Shown: positions 28,494-38,335, numbered from the stretch's first letter. The stretch is 39,765 nucleotides of DNA from Oligoflexales bacterium (GCA_041736175.1 JBGSUI010000042.1:1-39765), one strand, 5' to 3'. Numbers and translations: made by a program. The notes: generated by a model from the sequence alone, not told the origin.

Positions 28494-28895
28494 ATGTATC
28501 ATTTAACCTATCAAAATCCAGTTCCTGTCACCAAAAAAGAATCGACTCCAAATGAAACAACCTATCAAGGAAAGACTTTTACCCCCCTAGCAGATATTTT
28601 TGAATCAAAACAAAATCTTGTTTTAGTTCTGGATATGCCTGGAGTCAGCAAGGACCTCGTCCAAGTAAAACTGGAAAACGACCTCCTTGAGGTTGAGGGT
28701 AGGGTGAACGTTAACGAGCTTACCGCTAAGACTCCGATTTATTCTGAATACAACGTCGGACATTATTATCGAAGATTTGCGATCTCAAACAAAATTAACC
28801 GTGACCAAATAGAAGCAAAGATGACGGATGGAGTGCTTACTCTCACCTTGCCAAAGCTGCCGGAAAAGTCTCCAAAGAAAATACCGATTTCATGA
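28494..28895 (+). CDS. Hsp20/alpha-crystallin small heat-shock protein (second of pair)
   Basis: P.ADIFE, DMPGV, Y.R.F, A...DGVLTLTLPK, IPI; AAGGA RBS before ATG 28494. Confidence 0.92.
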   Translation: MYHLTYQNPVPVTKKESTPNETTYQGKTFTPLADIFESKQNLVLVLDMPGVSKDLVQVKLENDLLEVEGRVNVNELTAKTPIYSEYNVGHYYRRFAISNKINRDQIEAKMTDGVLTLTLPKLPEKSPKKIPIS

Positions 28896-28950
28896 CTTTC
28901 ATGGGAAAGAGAGGATATTCCGTAAAAAACATCATTCAACAGGACTAAAT

Positions 28951-28980
28951 AGGCAGGTTTCGCAACCTGCCTTATTTATT
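28951..28980 (+). terminator. Intrinsic terminator after the hsp20 pair
   Basis: Perfect 9-bp stem AGGCAGGTT-tcgc-AACCTGCCT followed by TATTTATT. Confidence 0.8.
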
Positions 28981-29062
28981 GCATAAACGTTAGATTATTT
29001 AATGAATATTCCAACTATTTTAAGATTTTTTAAAAAATACTTAGATATTTTATAAAGTCTCC

Positions 29063-29089
29063 TAAAGAACGCCCGTGGAATACCGATAA
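29063..29089 (+). promoter_or_regulatory. Sigma28 (FliA)-like promoter
   Basis: TAAA-N15-ACCGATAA, one mismatch to consensus, 230 nt upstream of hpf. Confidence 0.7.
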
Positions 29090-29318
29090 GTTGGTATGTC
29101 TTGAACGGCGGTGAGGGCCTGTAGATCTCCACCCGTAAAGATGCTTGGTTTTGCTTTTTGAGGTTTTACTAAAATGTTACTCCTAGTTTACCCAAATCCA
29201 AACTCCCCATTGCCTCTAGCCAGGCTCTTAGATGACTCTTATTACCTTACATCTATATTTGATTTAGAGAAATGTCTGGAATTGGCCGGACAGTCATCCA
29301 CTTGCATTGGGAGGTCCT

Positions 29319-29735
29319 ATGCAGTTTCAATTTTCGTTTAAGCACATGGATTCGTCTTCAAGTTTAGAATCTTACGCAGAAGCAAAGCTAACTGAAAAGA
29401 TTTCAAAATTTGTGACTAAGCCGATAGAAGCTCACGTTTTTTTTAGCGTAACTAAACAGGAACATTTTGCCCATCTCCACCTAAGAGCTGGTGATGGCTT
29501 TACGACTGACGTGGATAGCAAGTCAGGAGATATGTACTCGTCGATAGATCTCATGGCCGACAAGCTGGAATCTCAACTTAAAAAACATAAAGAAAAACTC
29601 AAAAACCACAAAGGTTCCAAGTCTCCTGTACGGCTTGTATCAGATTTCGAAGAGGCGGAAGGCCAACTGGACGAAGCAGTTGATGCCGCCGACATCATTA
29701 AATACGAAACCGCGAGAAAACGCGTTGCGCGGTAG
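29319..29735 (+). CDS. hpf: Ribosome hibernation promoting factor (HPF/RaiA, S30AE family)
   Basis: KHMD.S.SL..YA..K, DMYSSIDL..DKLE.QL.KHKEK; GGAGG RBS. Confidence 0.9.
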   Translation: MQFQFSFKHMDSSSSLESYAEAKLTEKISKFVTKPIEAHVFFSVTKQEHFAHLHLRAGDGFTTDVDSKSGDMYSSIDLMADKLESQLKKHKEKLKNHKGSKSPVRLVSDFEEAEGQLDEAVDAADIIKYETARKRVAR

Positions 29736-29941
29736 AGTTAATTTGATCATTTAGATCGATAGAAATGCGATTGTTCATCAACCATTTGGCTTCTTTGGAG
29801 TCAGATGGCTTTTTTTGTCTTCCACCATTGAAGTCCAAGCGCTGACAATTTTTAGATTCTATGATAAAATCGAGATTGGATCTCTTTGTCACTCTATTCT
29901 TGAGTGGTCCCAGCAGTAAGACCCAATTCGAAAATAACTTC

Positions 29942-31186
29942 ATGAAACTGACAGCAAAATGGTTTTGGGGAATCGCCCTCTTTTTGGGGTATCGGCTAGA
30001 TTTACAAGGCCAGAATCTCCCTGCTGCTGCCCAGTATCCCGGAATCCATGCAAAAGCAGGATCAGGTGCCGGGCTCACTATTTCTCGAGGTCCCGGTGCA
30101 ATCTTCCTAAACCCTGCAAATATTATATTTTCTAAGTTTATAGAGCCAGATGCGGATCTTGGTTTTTCTATGACAAACTACACCTACACTCCCTTGAGCG
30201 AATCCTATGATATAGCCACCACAAGTCTCACAGCCTTACAAATGACTTTTGGAGCTACCGTTCGACCTATATTGCCACTTGCCTTAAGTGCCGGCGTGGT
30301 GCCAAGTTTAAGCAGCAGTTATACCTTAGAGAGTGCTCCCTATTACCTAGGTGGAGGTGTCTACGAGCCTTCTACGGTGAGCGTGACCCAGGAAGCACTA
30401 CGATTTGGCGGTGCTGCTGCCTATAAAGTTCTCCCCATCCTTACACTGGGAGTGGGAGTCATCCTAACTAATGAAAAATCAGCGATTACAGCGACAAAGC
30501 CACAAGAAACCGAACCATTTTTAGACATGCTTTATGGTGGATCCTATACCCAATTTATGGTTGGTGCCCGTTCCGACCTGTTGGCGCAGCGTTTATCGCT
30601 CGCATTCACCTTTAAATCTGCCGCTGCAAAAAACTTTAGCGGTGACTATTACCTCGATACAGCTACGAATAAAGGTGGTGACTACATACCTCTCGACTAT
30701 AAAGGCTACGCGCCAGCAACGATAGGGGTAGGTGGCGAGATGCAGTTTGCCTCCTTCGGCGGGTACGGAGATCTACGTTACAACCAATGGCAAGGGGGCT
30801 CAGCAAGCAGGGGAATCTCCACCGCACCGACTGAGAGCGATCTTAAAAATAATTTTGAGGTATCTGGTGGTGGCAAATTATGGCTTATGAAAGACCATAT
30901 GCTGATGGGTGGGATAGGATTCATCACGCCCAATATCGGCGATGGCACTGACAATACATTTAAGGCTAACGAGGCATTAGAAGGAATGGGACTTGGAGAT
31001 GTAGATGGAATCCAGAGGCTTATTTTTTCTGCTGGCTACCGGTTTCGCCTTAAAAACAAAGGTTATGTTATGGCGGGAGGTCAATACCAAACTGGATCCC
31101 GCGAAGTACCCGAAGGTTACAGCTATGAAGGCACCCATTCTTTGAGCGTTTTGATGGGAAGCATCGGTGGTGCCTATGGATTTTAG
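29942..31186 (+). CDS. Outer-membrane beta-barrel, FadL/OmpP1-like
   Basis: Signal peptide, hatch-like G.GAG...AIFLNPA motif, amphipathic strands, terminal YGF. Start 29942 preferred over 29861. Confidence 0.7.
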   Translation: MKLTAKWFWGIALFLGYRLDLQGQNLPAAAQYPGIHAKAGSGAGLTISRGPGAIFLNPANIIFSKFIEPDADLGFSMTNYTYTPLSESYDIATTSLTALQMTFGATVRPILPLALSAGVVPSLSSSYTLESAPYYLGGGVYEPSTVSVTQEALRFGGAAAYKVLPILTLGVGVILTNEKSAITATKPQETEPFLDMLYGGSYTQFMVGARSDLLAQRLSLAFTFKSAAAKNFSGDYYLDTATNKGGDYIPLDYKGYAPATIGVGGEMQFASFGGYGDLRYNQWQGGSASRGISTAPTESDLKNNFEVSGGGKLWLMKDHMLMGGIGFITPNIGDGTDNTFKANEALEGMGLGDVDGIQRLIFSAGYRFRLKNKGYVMAGGQYQTGSREVPEGYSYEGTHSLSVLMGSIGGAYGF

Positions 31187-31244
31187 AGCGTGATGACCTC
31201 AGATCGAGGTTATCAATTTACAGGACAAGGGGGGAGATCAATTT

Positions 31245-33506
31245 ATGAAGATCGGTAGAAAAAAAAGCGGCCATCTCAAAATTTTGTTGACCTTGGGGCT
31301 GTGTTTGGAGGGCAGTATAAGCTCCGGGTCCCAGATTCCTTTAAACACAACTCTCAAACGACGGGGATTTGACGAGCCCCATCGCCCTAAAGAGCTTATC
31401 GTCAAACTAAAACCAAGCTATCGTGATCAGGGGATTCAGTGGCTCAAAACTGAATTTGGCAGTGATATTTTGCACCAATACCGTGCAAGCGGCGCCTACC
31501 TGATCAGGCTGCCAGATACCCTTCATGCTGCGTCCGTAAGCCAACAAATAGCCAATCATCCCGAAGTTGATTATGTCGAAGCAAATACAATCATACGCCT
31601 TACAACCAAACCTGCGGTGCGGCTGAACGCCGATTCATTCGCTGTTTCCCCCACCACCCTAGACCCCCCTAATGACCCTAAGCTATCCAGCCTATGGGGA
31701 CTTCATAACACTGGGAGTGATGATGGGGTTGTCGATGCCGATATCGATGCCTTAGAAGCATGGAATCTTAGCACCGGATCAAAAAAAATTGTGACTGCTA
31801 TTATCGATACTGGGGTGGACTACACCCATCCTGATCTCGCCAATAACTATTGGCATAACCCGGGTGAAACAGGCATCGATGCTCAAGGGAAAAACAAAGA
31901 GTCTAACGGAATCGATGACGATCAAAATGGATTTATCGATGATTTTAGAGGCTGGGATTTTGCTAACAATGACAACGATCCTAAAGATGATCATGAGCAT
32001 GGGACCCATTGCGCGGGCACCATAGGGGCTATTGGTAACAACAATGTAGGTGTTGTTGGAGTTAATTGGAATACTTCCCTGGTCGGCCTAAAGTTTCTCG
32101 ATAATTCTGGTTCTGGAAGCCTAGACCATGCGGTTCAAGCCATTGAGTATGCCACAACTCTTGGTGTGGATTTGACCTCTAATAGTTGGGGTGGTGGGGG
32201 GTTTTCCCAAACAATGTATGCAGCGATTCAAGAAGCTGCACAAAAAGGAATTTTATTTGTGGCTGCAGCGGGTAACGAGAGCCAAAACAATGATCAACGC
32301 CCCTCTTACCCAGCATCTTACCTTGTCGATAACATCATCTCCGTGGCAGCGATTGATCGCAAAGACAAACTTGCAAATTTTTCTAACTATGGCGCCAAAA
32401 GCGTACACGTTGGAGCCCCTGGCATTGATATTCTTTCGACGGTTCCCGATGCCGCCTATGGGACCATGAGCGGAACCTCTATGGCCACACCCCACGTGTC
32501 GGGCGTCGCTGCCTTGATCAAAGCTACCTATCCCCAGCTCTCTGTCATACAATGGAAAAATCGAATTATATACTCCTCCCAAATCACATCAGCAACCGCG
32601 CTTAAGACCTCCTCAGGAGGACGGCTTAATGCTCTAAATGCTCTTAAAGATGATCAAATTCCTCCTGCTAAAATCGATAACTTGAGCATCAAATCAATTG
32701 CACTCAATCAAATCGAGATTGCCTTTAGTAGCGTCGGAGATGATGGGATTGAAGGTAAGGCCCGAGCCTATGAAATCAAGTTTTCTGATACACCGATCCG
32801 ATCTCAAAATGATTGGATAAATGCTCAAACAGTCTTCAATGGAAACCATTTATCTGGAAAATCCTTGACTTCTAAAAATGATTTTGGCTCTCTGTCTGAA
32901 AGCGAAATCCTCACGGTAAAAATCAGTGGACTCAAATTTGAGTCGAAAGGCTACCTTGCCGTAAGGGCCTTTGACGGTGTCGGCAATTCTAGCGAATTTT
33001 CAGAGAGTCTGGCGTTTGAATTACCAAAAATATACAATTTCTTTGTCAACAACGCCGGCTCTCTCACCGGAGTTAAGGCTGACGCTCCCTGGGGCCTTGA
33101 GATTCTTGGGAGCGATGCGCCTCCAAATTCCGATGGTCTAGTTTTTTCCGATAGCCCAGGAAAAGAATATAAACCAAATGTTAAAGCTTCTTTTACTCTA
33201 GATCCAATCCCACTTCCTGCCCAGTCTCAGGTTTTCTTAAAAATCAAAGCCTTGGCACGCATAGAAGAAAACTTCGACTTTGTCTACTCCGAGGTCAGTA
33301 TTGATAACGGAGTTACGTGGAAAAGAGTCGGTACGATCACAGGACGGCATCCTTGGCGAGAATTTGTATTCGAACTCACACCCGTTCTTGGAAACGCCAA
33401 AGAGGTTTTAGTGAGGTTTCAACTAGAAACCGATGCATCTGTAAGCGATGATGGAATCAAAATTGACCAGATATCTCTTTTTACGGATGCAATGGCCCAA
33501 CCTTAA
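31245..33506 (+). CDS. Secreted S8 subtilisin-like serine protease with propeptide, FN3-like and C-terminal beta domains
   Basis: Catalytic IIDTG, HGTHCAG, AAAGN and SGTSMATPHV motifs; N-terminal signal and I9-like prodomain. Confidence 0.95.
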   Translation: MKIGRKKSGHLKILLTLGLCLEGSISSGSQIPLNTTLKRRGFDEPHRPKELIVKLKPSYRDQGIQWLKTEFGSDILHQYRASGAYLIRLPDTLHAASVSQQIANHPEVDYVEANTIIRLTTKPAVRLNADSFAVSPTTLDPPNDPKLSSLWGLHNTGSDDGVVDADIDALEAWNLSTGSKKIVTAIIDTGVDYTHPDLANNYWHNPGETGIDAQGKNKESNGIDDDQNGFIDDFRGWDFANNDNDPKDDHEHGTHCAGTIGAIGNNNVGVVGVNWNTSLVGLKFLDNSGSGSLDHAVQAIEYATTLGVDLTSNSWGGGGFSQTMYAAIQEAAQKGILFVAAAGNESQNNDQRPSYPASYLVDNIISVAAIDRKDKLANFSNYGAKSVHVGAPGIDILSTVPDAAYGTMSGTSMATPHVSGVAALIKATYPQLSVIQWKNRIIYSSQITSATALKTSSGGRLNALNALKDDQIPPAKIDNLSIKSIALNQIEIAFSSVGDDGIEGKARAYEIKFSDTPIRSQNDWINAQTVFNGNHLSGKSLTSKNDFGSLSESEILTVKISGLKFESKGYLAVRAFDGVGNSSEFSESLAFELPKIYNFFVNNAGSLTGVKADAPWGLEILGSDAPPNSDGLVFSDSPGKEYKPNVKASFTLDPIPLPAQSQVFLKIKALARIEENFDFVYSEVSIDNGVTWKRVGTITGRHPWREFVFELTPVLGNAKEVLVRFQLETDASVSDDGIKIDQISLFTDAMAQP

Positions 33507-33710
33507 TCCGATTTTCATACCCGCTTTAAAGGTCGTTTAATTTGCCTTTAAAACATTCGAGGCCCCCTCTAGGGCCTTTTTTCACATGTGAGCGAGCAGC
33601 CCAAGATGGGTTAAGGATCCGTTCCCCCCAAATGGTCCCATATGGTTGGATTACTTTTTGCACCTCGGCATTTGTTTGGTCCCTTAATGGCCATTGCTTA
33701 TGAGGTTGCA

Positions 33711-34985
33711 TTGAAACATCACCACTATCTTCCAGAACAAAAAAAGAAGAGCGCTCAAATCCAAAGGATCCTAATCCCATTAATATCTATGTCATCTCTT
33801 CTGGGGTGTTATCACAAAAATCAGTTATTTCAGCCGTTTCCCCAGAGTGCGCGAGACGGGGATTCCCTACCAGCAGGGAGCATCAGTGGGGGTGGCAAGC
33901 ACCTTTACACCCCTTTCCAACCCAAGCAGCAATTTAATTTGTTACAGGTCACTCGGGCAAGGCAAAACATTGCTCGACAGGTGGCTAAACGATCAACATT
34001 TAGTCCGCAAGCAAACAAGGAAGATGAGCTCACGGCAGCAGTCAAAGAAGCAATCATTGCGGAAGCCATGGTCTTACCCAGGCCCGTCTGGGGTATGGCT
34101 CTCAAGCAGTTTTTAAAGCTTGAACCCTCGGCATCCGTCAACGATTCAAGCAAGGTTTTAGATCAGCTCCACCACATTGTCGAACGCGATACCAACCTTC
34201 AGGACCATTCAAAGAGATTTTTGCAGGACAAACTTTTGAAATCTCTTAGAAGAGTTGCCAATGCCGAAGACAAAAATATTCTCACTGATCATAGCGAAGC
34301 TGTTTATATAGCCGTCAATAAATTGCTGTCAGAGACAAAGTCTGTGGATACCGGAATCGATGATCTTAGTCTAAAGATTTCGCCAAAGGATCTAGTGAAA
34401 GCCTATCAATTTTTTTGTGATGAGGAGTATTGCCAGGCAAGCCTTATTAAACCAGCACAACTCGATCTCAACATCCCCCTCCCCCTCAATGCTAATGTAG
34501 ATATTGTTTTTTCCAGAGCCTATGATCCCCAAAAAGATGATGTCTTGTTTGAAGTCAGTCTCGATGGCACTTGTCATCCTGTGAAGATTGCAAATATTTT
34601 CTCCATAGATGTTTCACTGGGAATCAATCTTGAGTATTACAAGAAAGAAAAAAAGGTGGTCCTCACAAACCCTCGGTGTAGCCTAGGTGTTTCCTGCGAT
34701 ACTCCCATCATAGACCTGAGTGCTAAAATCAGCCAAACAGGAATTTCCTTTGACGGTGCCGTCGACAAACCAGGTAAAATTCCAGATTGGCTTGTCAAAA
34801 TGGCTCCAGAAGAGGGTGAAACCCATAAAAGCATTCCATTCGACAAAATCGATGACGAACTCCTCGCCATGTACCGCCAGATCAAGGGCCTACCCCCACG
34901 TAAAGAGTCCGATCCGGACATATCCTGGGCTGATCTGTTTGCCGCTGTAACGGTCGAGTACCGAAAAGAGACTCCGACCAATTAG
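33711..34985 (+). CDS. Hypothetical lipoprotein
   Basis: Long ORF; lipobox LLG-C; TTG at 33711 after GAGGT proposed as start (uncertain). Confidence 0.6.
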   Translation: MKHHHYLPEQKKKSAQIQRILIPLISMSSLLGCYHKNQLFQPFPQSARDGDSLPAGSISGGGKHLYTPFQPKQQFNLLQVTRARQNIARQVAKRSTFSPQANKEDELTAAVKEAIIAEAMVLPRPVWGMALKQFLKLEPSASVNDSSKVLDQLHHIVERDTNLQDHSKRFLQDKLLKSLRRVANAEDKNILTDHSEAVYIAVNKLLSETKSVDTGIDDLSLKISPKDLVKAYQFFCDEEYCQASLIKPAQLDLNIPLPLNANVDIVFSRAYDPQKDDVLFEVSLDGTCHPVKIANIFSIDVSLGINLEYYKKEKKVVLTNPRCSLGVSCDTPIIDLSAKISQTGISFDGAVDKPGKIPDWLVKMAPEEGETHKSIPFDKIDDELLAMYRQIKGLPPRKESDPDISWADLFAAVTVEYRKETPTN

Positions 34986-35015
34986 CTCTCGAAGGGTTGG
35001 CGGTTCCTTACCAAC

Positions 35016-35384
35016 ATGATAAATGATAGTCAGGGCGCGAGATCCCTAAACCCACAAGCTGAGTTAAGAGCCTTGACCATTAACATTAAGATGCCCCAGG
35101 AATTGCTGATTCACAAAGTCCACCAGTTTGGCAAGGAAGCAGCGGAAATGCGTCAGTTAGCCCAACGGATGCGCGAGCTTTTTCCTGAAAAGCTTCGCCA
35201 ACTGCACCGAGAACGGGCAAACCTGACGGGTGCCCCTCGAGATCGAGCCTGTTTGGTCGACCAACGCTATCTAGAATCTGTCCAGGAACTCGTGGACCTT
35301 AGGACCCGAGCAACCTATCTCCGTATGCAATATGAATCCCACCTTATGCTCTACCAGGCTCGGCAAAGTCTTCGGAAGTCTTAG
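35016..35384 (+). CDS. Hypothetical helical protein
   Basis: 122-aa ORF, coiled-coil-like; start uncertain. Confidence 0.55.
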   Translation: MINDSQGARSLNPQAELRALTINIKMPQELLIHKVHQFGKEAAEMRQLAQRMRELFPEKLRQLHRERANLTGAPRDRACLVDQRYLESVQELVDLRTRATYLRMQYESHLMLYQARQSLRKS

Positions 35385-35508
35385 GCGCTCCTATTCATGG
35401 GTTTGGGTTGATCCAGATGCGTGATCTTTAGCAAATTCTTATGGCGACCCGTCTCTGAGGATGATAGAGTGTCCAGCTAGGGTTATAAGATTTTTGTAAA
35501 ACCCTTTT

Positions 35509-35860
35509 GGGGGCGTCATGGTTTCGACGGGTGTGGTTAGACGAGTTTAGGAGCATGTCAGGGGTGGTTGCGTGACCCTGTCAAAACGCGTAACAAAGCT
35601 TATTCGACAACGAATACGCACTCGCAGCTTAGTTAAGCTGCCGTCGAACTCTCGGGTGCCGGTACCTTGAGGGAGGCGTCATTGCATCGGCGTAGGTTAC
35701 GGCTCTTCCGTCTGTAGAGCTGGAACTGAAATCAACCAGACTGCGATCAGCCAAGCGTGTCCGGGCGCTCGGCGGGTAAGAGGAAAGTTCACGGACTAAG
35801 CATGTAGCGCCTATTCCGCCTCGCATTCGGACGCGGGTTCGATTCCCGCCGCCTCCACCA
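35509..35860 (+). ncRNA. ssrA: tmRNA
   Basis: 5' GGGGGCG pairs with 3' CGCCTCC-ACCA with a G3-U wobble; TTCGAC D-loop region; T-arm GCGGG-TTCGATT-CCCGC; tag frame GAC AAC GAA TAC GCA CTC GCA GCT TAG (35606-35632). Confidence 0.97.
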
Positions 35861-35867
35861 TCATCTC

Positions 35868-35970
35868 TTCTGAGAAGTTCCGAGAAAGTCCAAAAAGACA
35901 GCTAAAATCGAGAGATGAGGTCAAACGGAGTCCACCAGGGTCCGGGCTGTTCCGTTGACTTCCGGAACAA
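35868..35970 (+). repeat. 10-bp-phased (G/T)TCC motifs (putative AlpA/RDF binding array)
   Basis: TTCT 35868, TTCC 35878, GTCC 35888; GTCA 35920, GTCC 35930, GTCC 35940, TTCC 35950, TTCC 35960. Confidence 0.6.
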
Positions 35971-35973
35971 AGT

Positions 35974-36022
35974 TGGGGTAACTATGGGGGTAACTCGGAC
36001 CCCTGACTTTTGGTTACCCCCA
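35974..36022. repeat. TGGGG(G)TAAC direct and inverted repeats (putative integrase arm-type sites)
   Basis: TGGGGTAAC 35974-35982, TGGGGGTAAC 35985-35994, inverted GTTACCCCCA 36013-36022. Confidence 0.7.
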
Positions 36023-36024
36023 AC

Positions 36025-37212
36025 ATGAACCTGACCTCGCAAGCTATCAAAAACATTAAGCCTGACCCTATCAAGAGCAAAAAACACTTCGATGGGGGCG
36101 GCCTCTTTCTAGAAGTTACCCCCACAGGAGCCAAACGCTGGCGCTTTAAGTACCGCTTTGGGGGTAAGGAGAAATTAATCTCCCTAGGATTGTATCCCGC
36201 TGTCGGACTCAAGGAAGCTCGGGAAAAACGAGACGATGCTAAAAAGGCTCTTGGCTCGGGGATTGACCCCAGCGCCCAACGGCAAGCACAAAAAGAGTCT
36301 TTGCATGGATCTGATGCTAATGGTTTTGAAGTGGTTGCTTTGGAATGGATTTCCCAGAATGAGCACACCTGGGCACCAAGCCACGCTAAGACCATCAAGA
36401 ACCGGCTCCAAAACGATGTCTTCCCTTTTGTCGGGAAAATCCCTGCTAAGGATCTCACGCCACAAACCTTGATCGAGGTTTTGCGTCGCGTGGAAAAACG
36501 CGAGGCCTTTGAGACTGCCCATAGGATTAGGACGGTACTCGGCCAGGTATTTCGCTATGCCATCGCTACTGGCAGAGTTGAGACCGATCCCACCCGTGAT
36601 TTGAAGGGTGCTCTTAAGCCGGTAATAGCAAACCACCTCCCAGCCGTTACGGATCCCAACAGAGTGGCAGAAATTCTTCGGATGATAGATGCCTACCGAG
36701 GTGGCCCCGTGGTCACCACCGCACTCAAGCTAGCGCCCCTCGTCTTTGTCAGGCCTGGAGAGTTGCGACAAGCCGAGTGGGCTGACATCGATTTTGATAA
36801 GGCTGAATGGCGTTATCTCGTCAAAAAAACCAAAACTCCCCACATCGTGCCATTGGCGACCCAGGCAGTCGCTGCATTGAAAGAGCTTTATCCCATCACC
36901 GGATTGGGCAAATACGTTTTCCCAACACCCAGGACAAATACGAGGCCAATGTCAGACAACGCGATTTTGGCTGCACTCAGAAGTATGGGGATACCCAAAG
37001 AAGAAATGTGTGGTCATGGATTTAGGGCTACGGCCCGGACCATTTTGGATGAGGTTTTAAAAATTCCACCGCACCTGATTGAGCATCAACTTGCTCATGC
37101 TGTCAGGGATTCATTAGGGAGGGCTTACAACAGGACAACACATTTGGAGAAGAGAAAAGAAATGATGCAGAAGTGGGCAGATTATTTGGATGAATTGAGG
37201 GGAGGTAAGTGA
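36025..37212 (+). CDS. int: P4-family tyrosine integrase with arm-DNA-binding domain
   Basis: DGGGLFLEV...G.KRWRFKYRF.GKEK..SLG.YP arm domain; catalytic VRPGE, K, HGFR, LAH, AYN. Confidence 0.96.
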   Translation: MNLTSQAIKNIKPDPIKSKKHFDGGGLFLEVTPTGAKRWRFKYRFGGKEKLISLGLYPAVGLKEAREKRDDAKKALGSGIDPSAQRQAQKESLHGSDANGFEVVALEWISQNEHTWAPSHAKTIKNRLQNDVFPFVGKIPAKDLTPQTLIEVLRRVEKREAFETAHRIRTVLGQVFRYAIATGRVETDPTRDLKGALKPVIANHLPAVTDPNRVAEILRMIDAYRGGPVVTTALKLAPLVFVRPGELRQAEWADIDFDKAEWRYLVKKTKTPHIVPLATQAVAALKELYPITGLGKYVFPTPRTNTRPMSDNAILAALRSMGIPKEEMCGHGFRATARTILDEVLKIPPHLIEHQLAHAVRDSLGRAYNRTTHLEKRKEMMQKWADYLDELRGGK

Positions 37213-37964
37213 TGAGCGAAATTGCTACGAAGCCAGATTGGGAATATTACGGGAAACTACCCAAGGTCAAACTTCAAGATGCGATACTTTTATCTTTAGA
37301 TATCGATCCAAAACGAAAAAGTTCTAGTTTAAGCTCGAAAAAGGGCTATCGAAAAAAAAGTGATTTTGGCATTAGTCCGCCGTACGTTAACACTAATTCC
37401 CCGTCTGAATTAGAGGCAATTAGAGTAAGAACTAATCATATCTGCAATTGTCTTAACCAACCTGAATATTCCCAATTTATAAGCGAATCATCGCTACCAT
37501 TGATGAATCGACTCATAGATATAAAATTCTTTGGCACCTTGTGCTTGAAAGTTGGAATTTCAATACCATCTCAATTTCCGAGAGATACCCGACAACCCAA
37601 AAATCGCAAAGAAAACGAAGTCCACCTTATCCCACACCAAGAAAAAATCTCTGACGAGAAAGAAGAACTCAAAAATTTGAGAAATCATAATTCTGGGATT
37701 CCTATTAATTTACCATACTTAACTAAAGAACTTAGAGTCATCTTCAAAACAATGGAGGTTGTATATGGAAACAACATCAAAACGAAGAAGGAAATTATGA
37801 ACATTATTGATGAGATATCTCGGGAAAACTTAGGATATGATTTTGGCAAAGCAGCCTTAAAACAATTAGCAACAGTTATTGTTCCAGATGAAGTCGCAGA
37901 AAAAGAAAGACGAAGTCGAAAGCACCCCATCAACCATACTAGAAAACTTTCCCAGAAGACTTAG
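37209..37964 (+). CDS. Hypothetical island protein
   Basis: AT-rich 251-aa ORF coupled to int (GTGA overlap, GGAGG RBS); N-terminal W..Y...P...L.DAILLSLDIDP. Confidence 0.7.
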   Translation: MMSEIATKPDWEYYGKLPKVKLQDAILLSLDIDPKRKSSSLSSKKGYRKKSDFGISPPYVNTNSPSELEAIRVRTNHICNCLNQPEYSQFISESSLPLMNRLIDIKFFGTLCLKVGISIPSQFPRDTRQPKNRKENEVHLIPHQEKISDEKEELKNLRNHNSGIPINLPYLTKELRVIFKTMEVVYGNNIKTKKEIMNIIDEISRENLGYDFGKAALKQLATVIVPDEVAEKERRSRKHPINHTRKLSQKT

Positions 37965-37995
37965 CCCACAACAGTTGATAACTGTTGATTTTTTT

Positions 37996-38052
37996 AGGGC
38001 ACCTAAATGGGGTACCTAAATAGGGTAACCAAATACCATTATTGGTCACCCT
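37996..38052. repeat. Three 13-bp tandem repeats plus an inverted copy upstream of alpA
   Basis: AGGGCACCTAAAT / GGGGTACCTAAAT / AGGGTAACCAAAT (37996-38034), inverted ATTGGTCACCCT (38041-38052). Confidence 0.7.
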
Positions 38053-38113
38053 TAAAAATTTAGTCAGCTAGACCTCGTCCGGAAAGTTCCGGCCATTTAC
38101 GACGAGGTTTAAA

Positions 38114-38335
38114 TTGACCAGCCTTTTTATGAACGTGCCTTCCAATAGAATGTTGAGACGTCCAGAAGTCGAACGAATTACTGGGCTCAAGAAAAGTACG
38201 CTTTACGACCTGATGGGCAAAAACTTATTTCCAAAGCCCATCAAAGTCGGGGCTAGAGCAGTTTGCTGGCTGGAAGGCGAAATTGACTCCTGGATTCAGG
38301 ATCAAATTAGCAAAAGCCGCGGAGGTGTAAAATGA
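38114..38335 (+). CDS. alpA: AlpA-family transcriptional regulator/excisionase
   Basis: LRRPEV...TGL..STLY......FPKPIK.G.RAV.W.E.EI..WI signature. Confidence 0.93.
   Translation: MTSLFMNVPSNRMLRRPEVERITGLKKSTLYDLMGKNLFPKPIKVGARAVCWLEGEIDSWIQDQISKSRGGVK

Noticed and set aside
29270..29310. Sigma54 promoter for hpf
   Set aside because: GG and TTGC elements are not at the required -24/-12 spacing.
35821..35860. tRNA gene
   Set aside because: The T-arm and CCA end belong to the tRNA-like domain of tmRNA; there is no anticodon arm.
173..37933. Numerous short alternative-frame or antisense ORFs in the ORF track
   Set aside because: They lie within well-supported genes or tmRNA, lack recognisable motifs, and are best explained as shadow ORFs.
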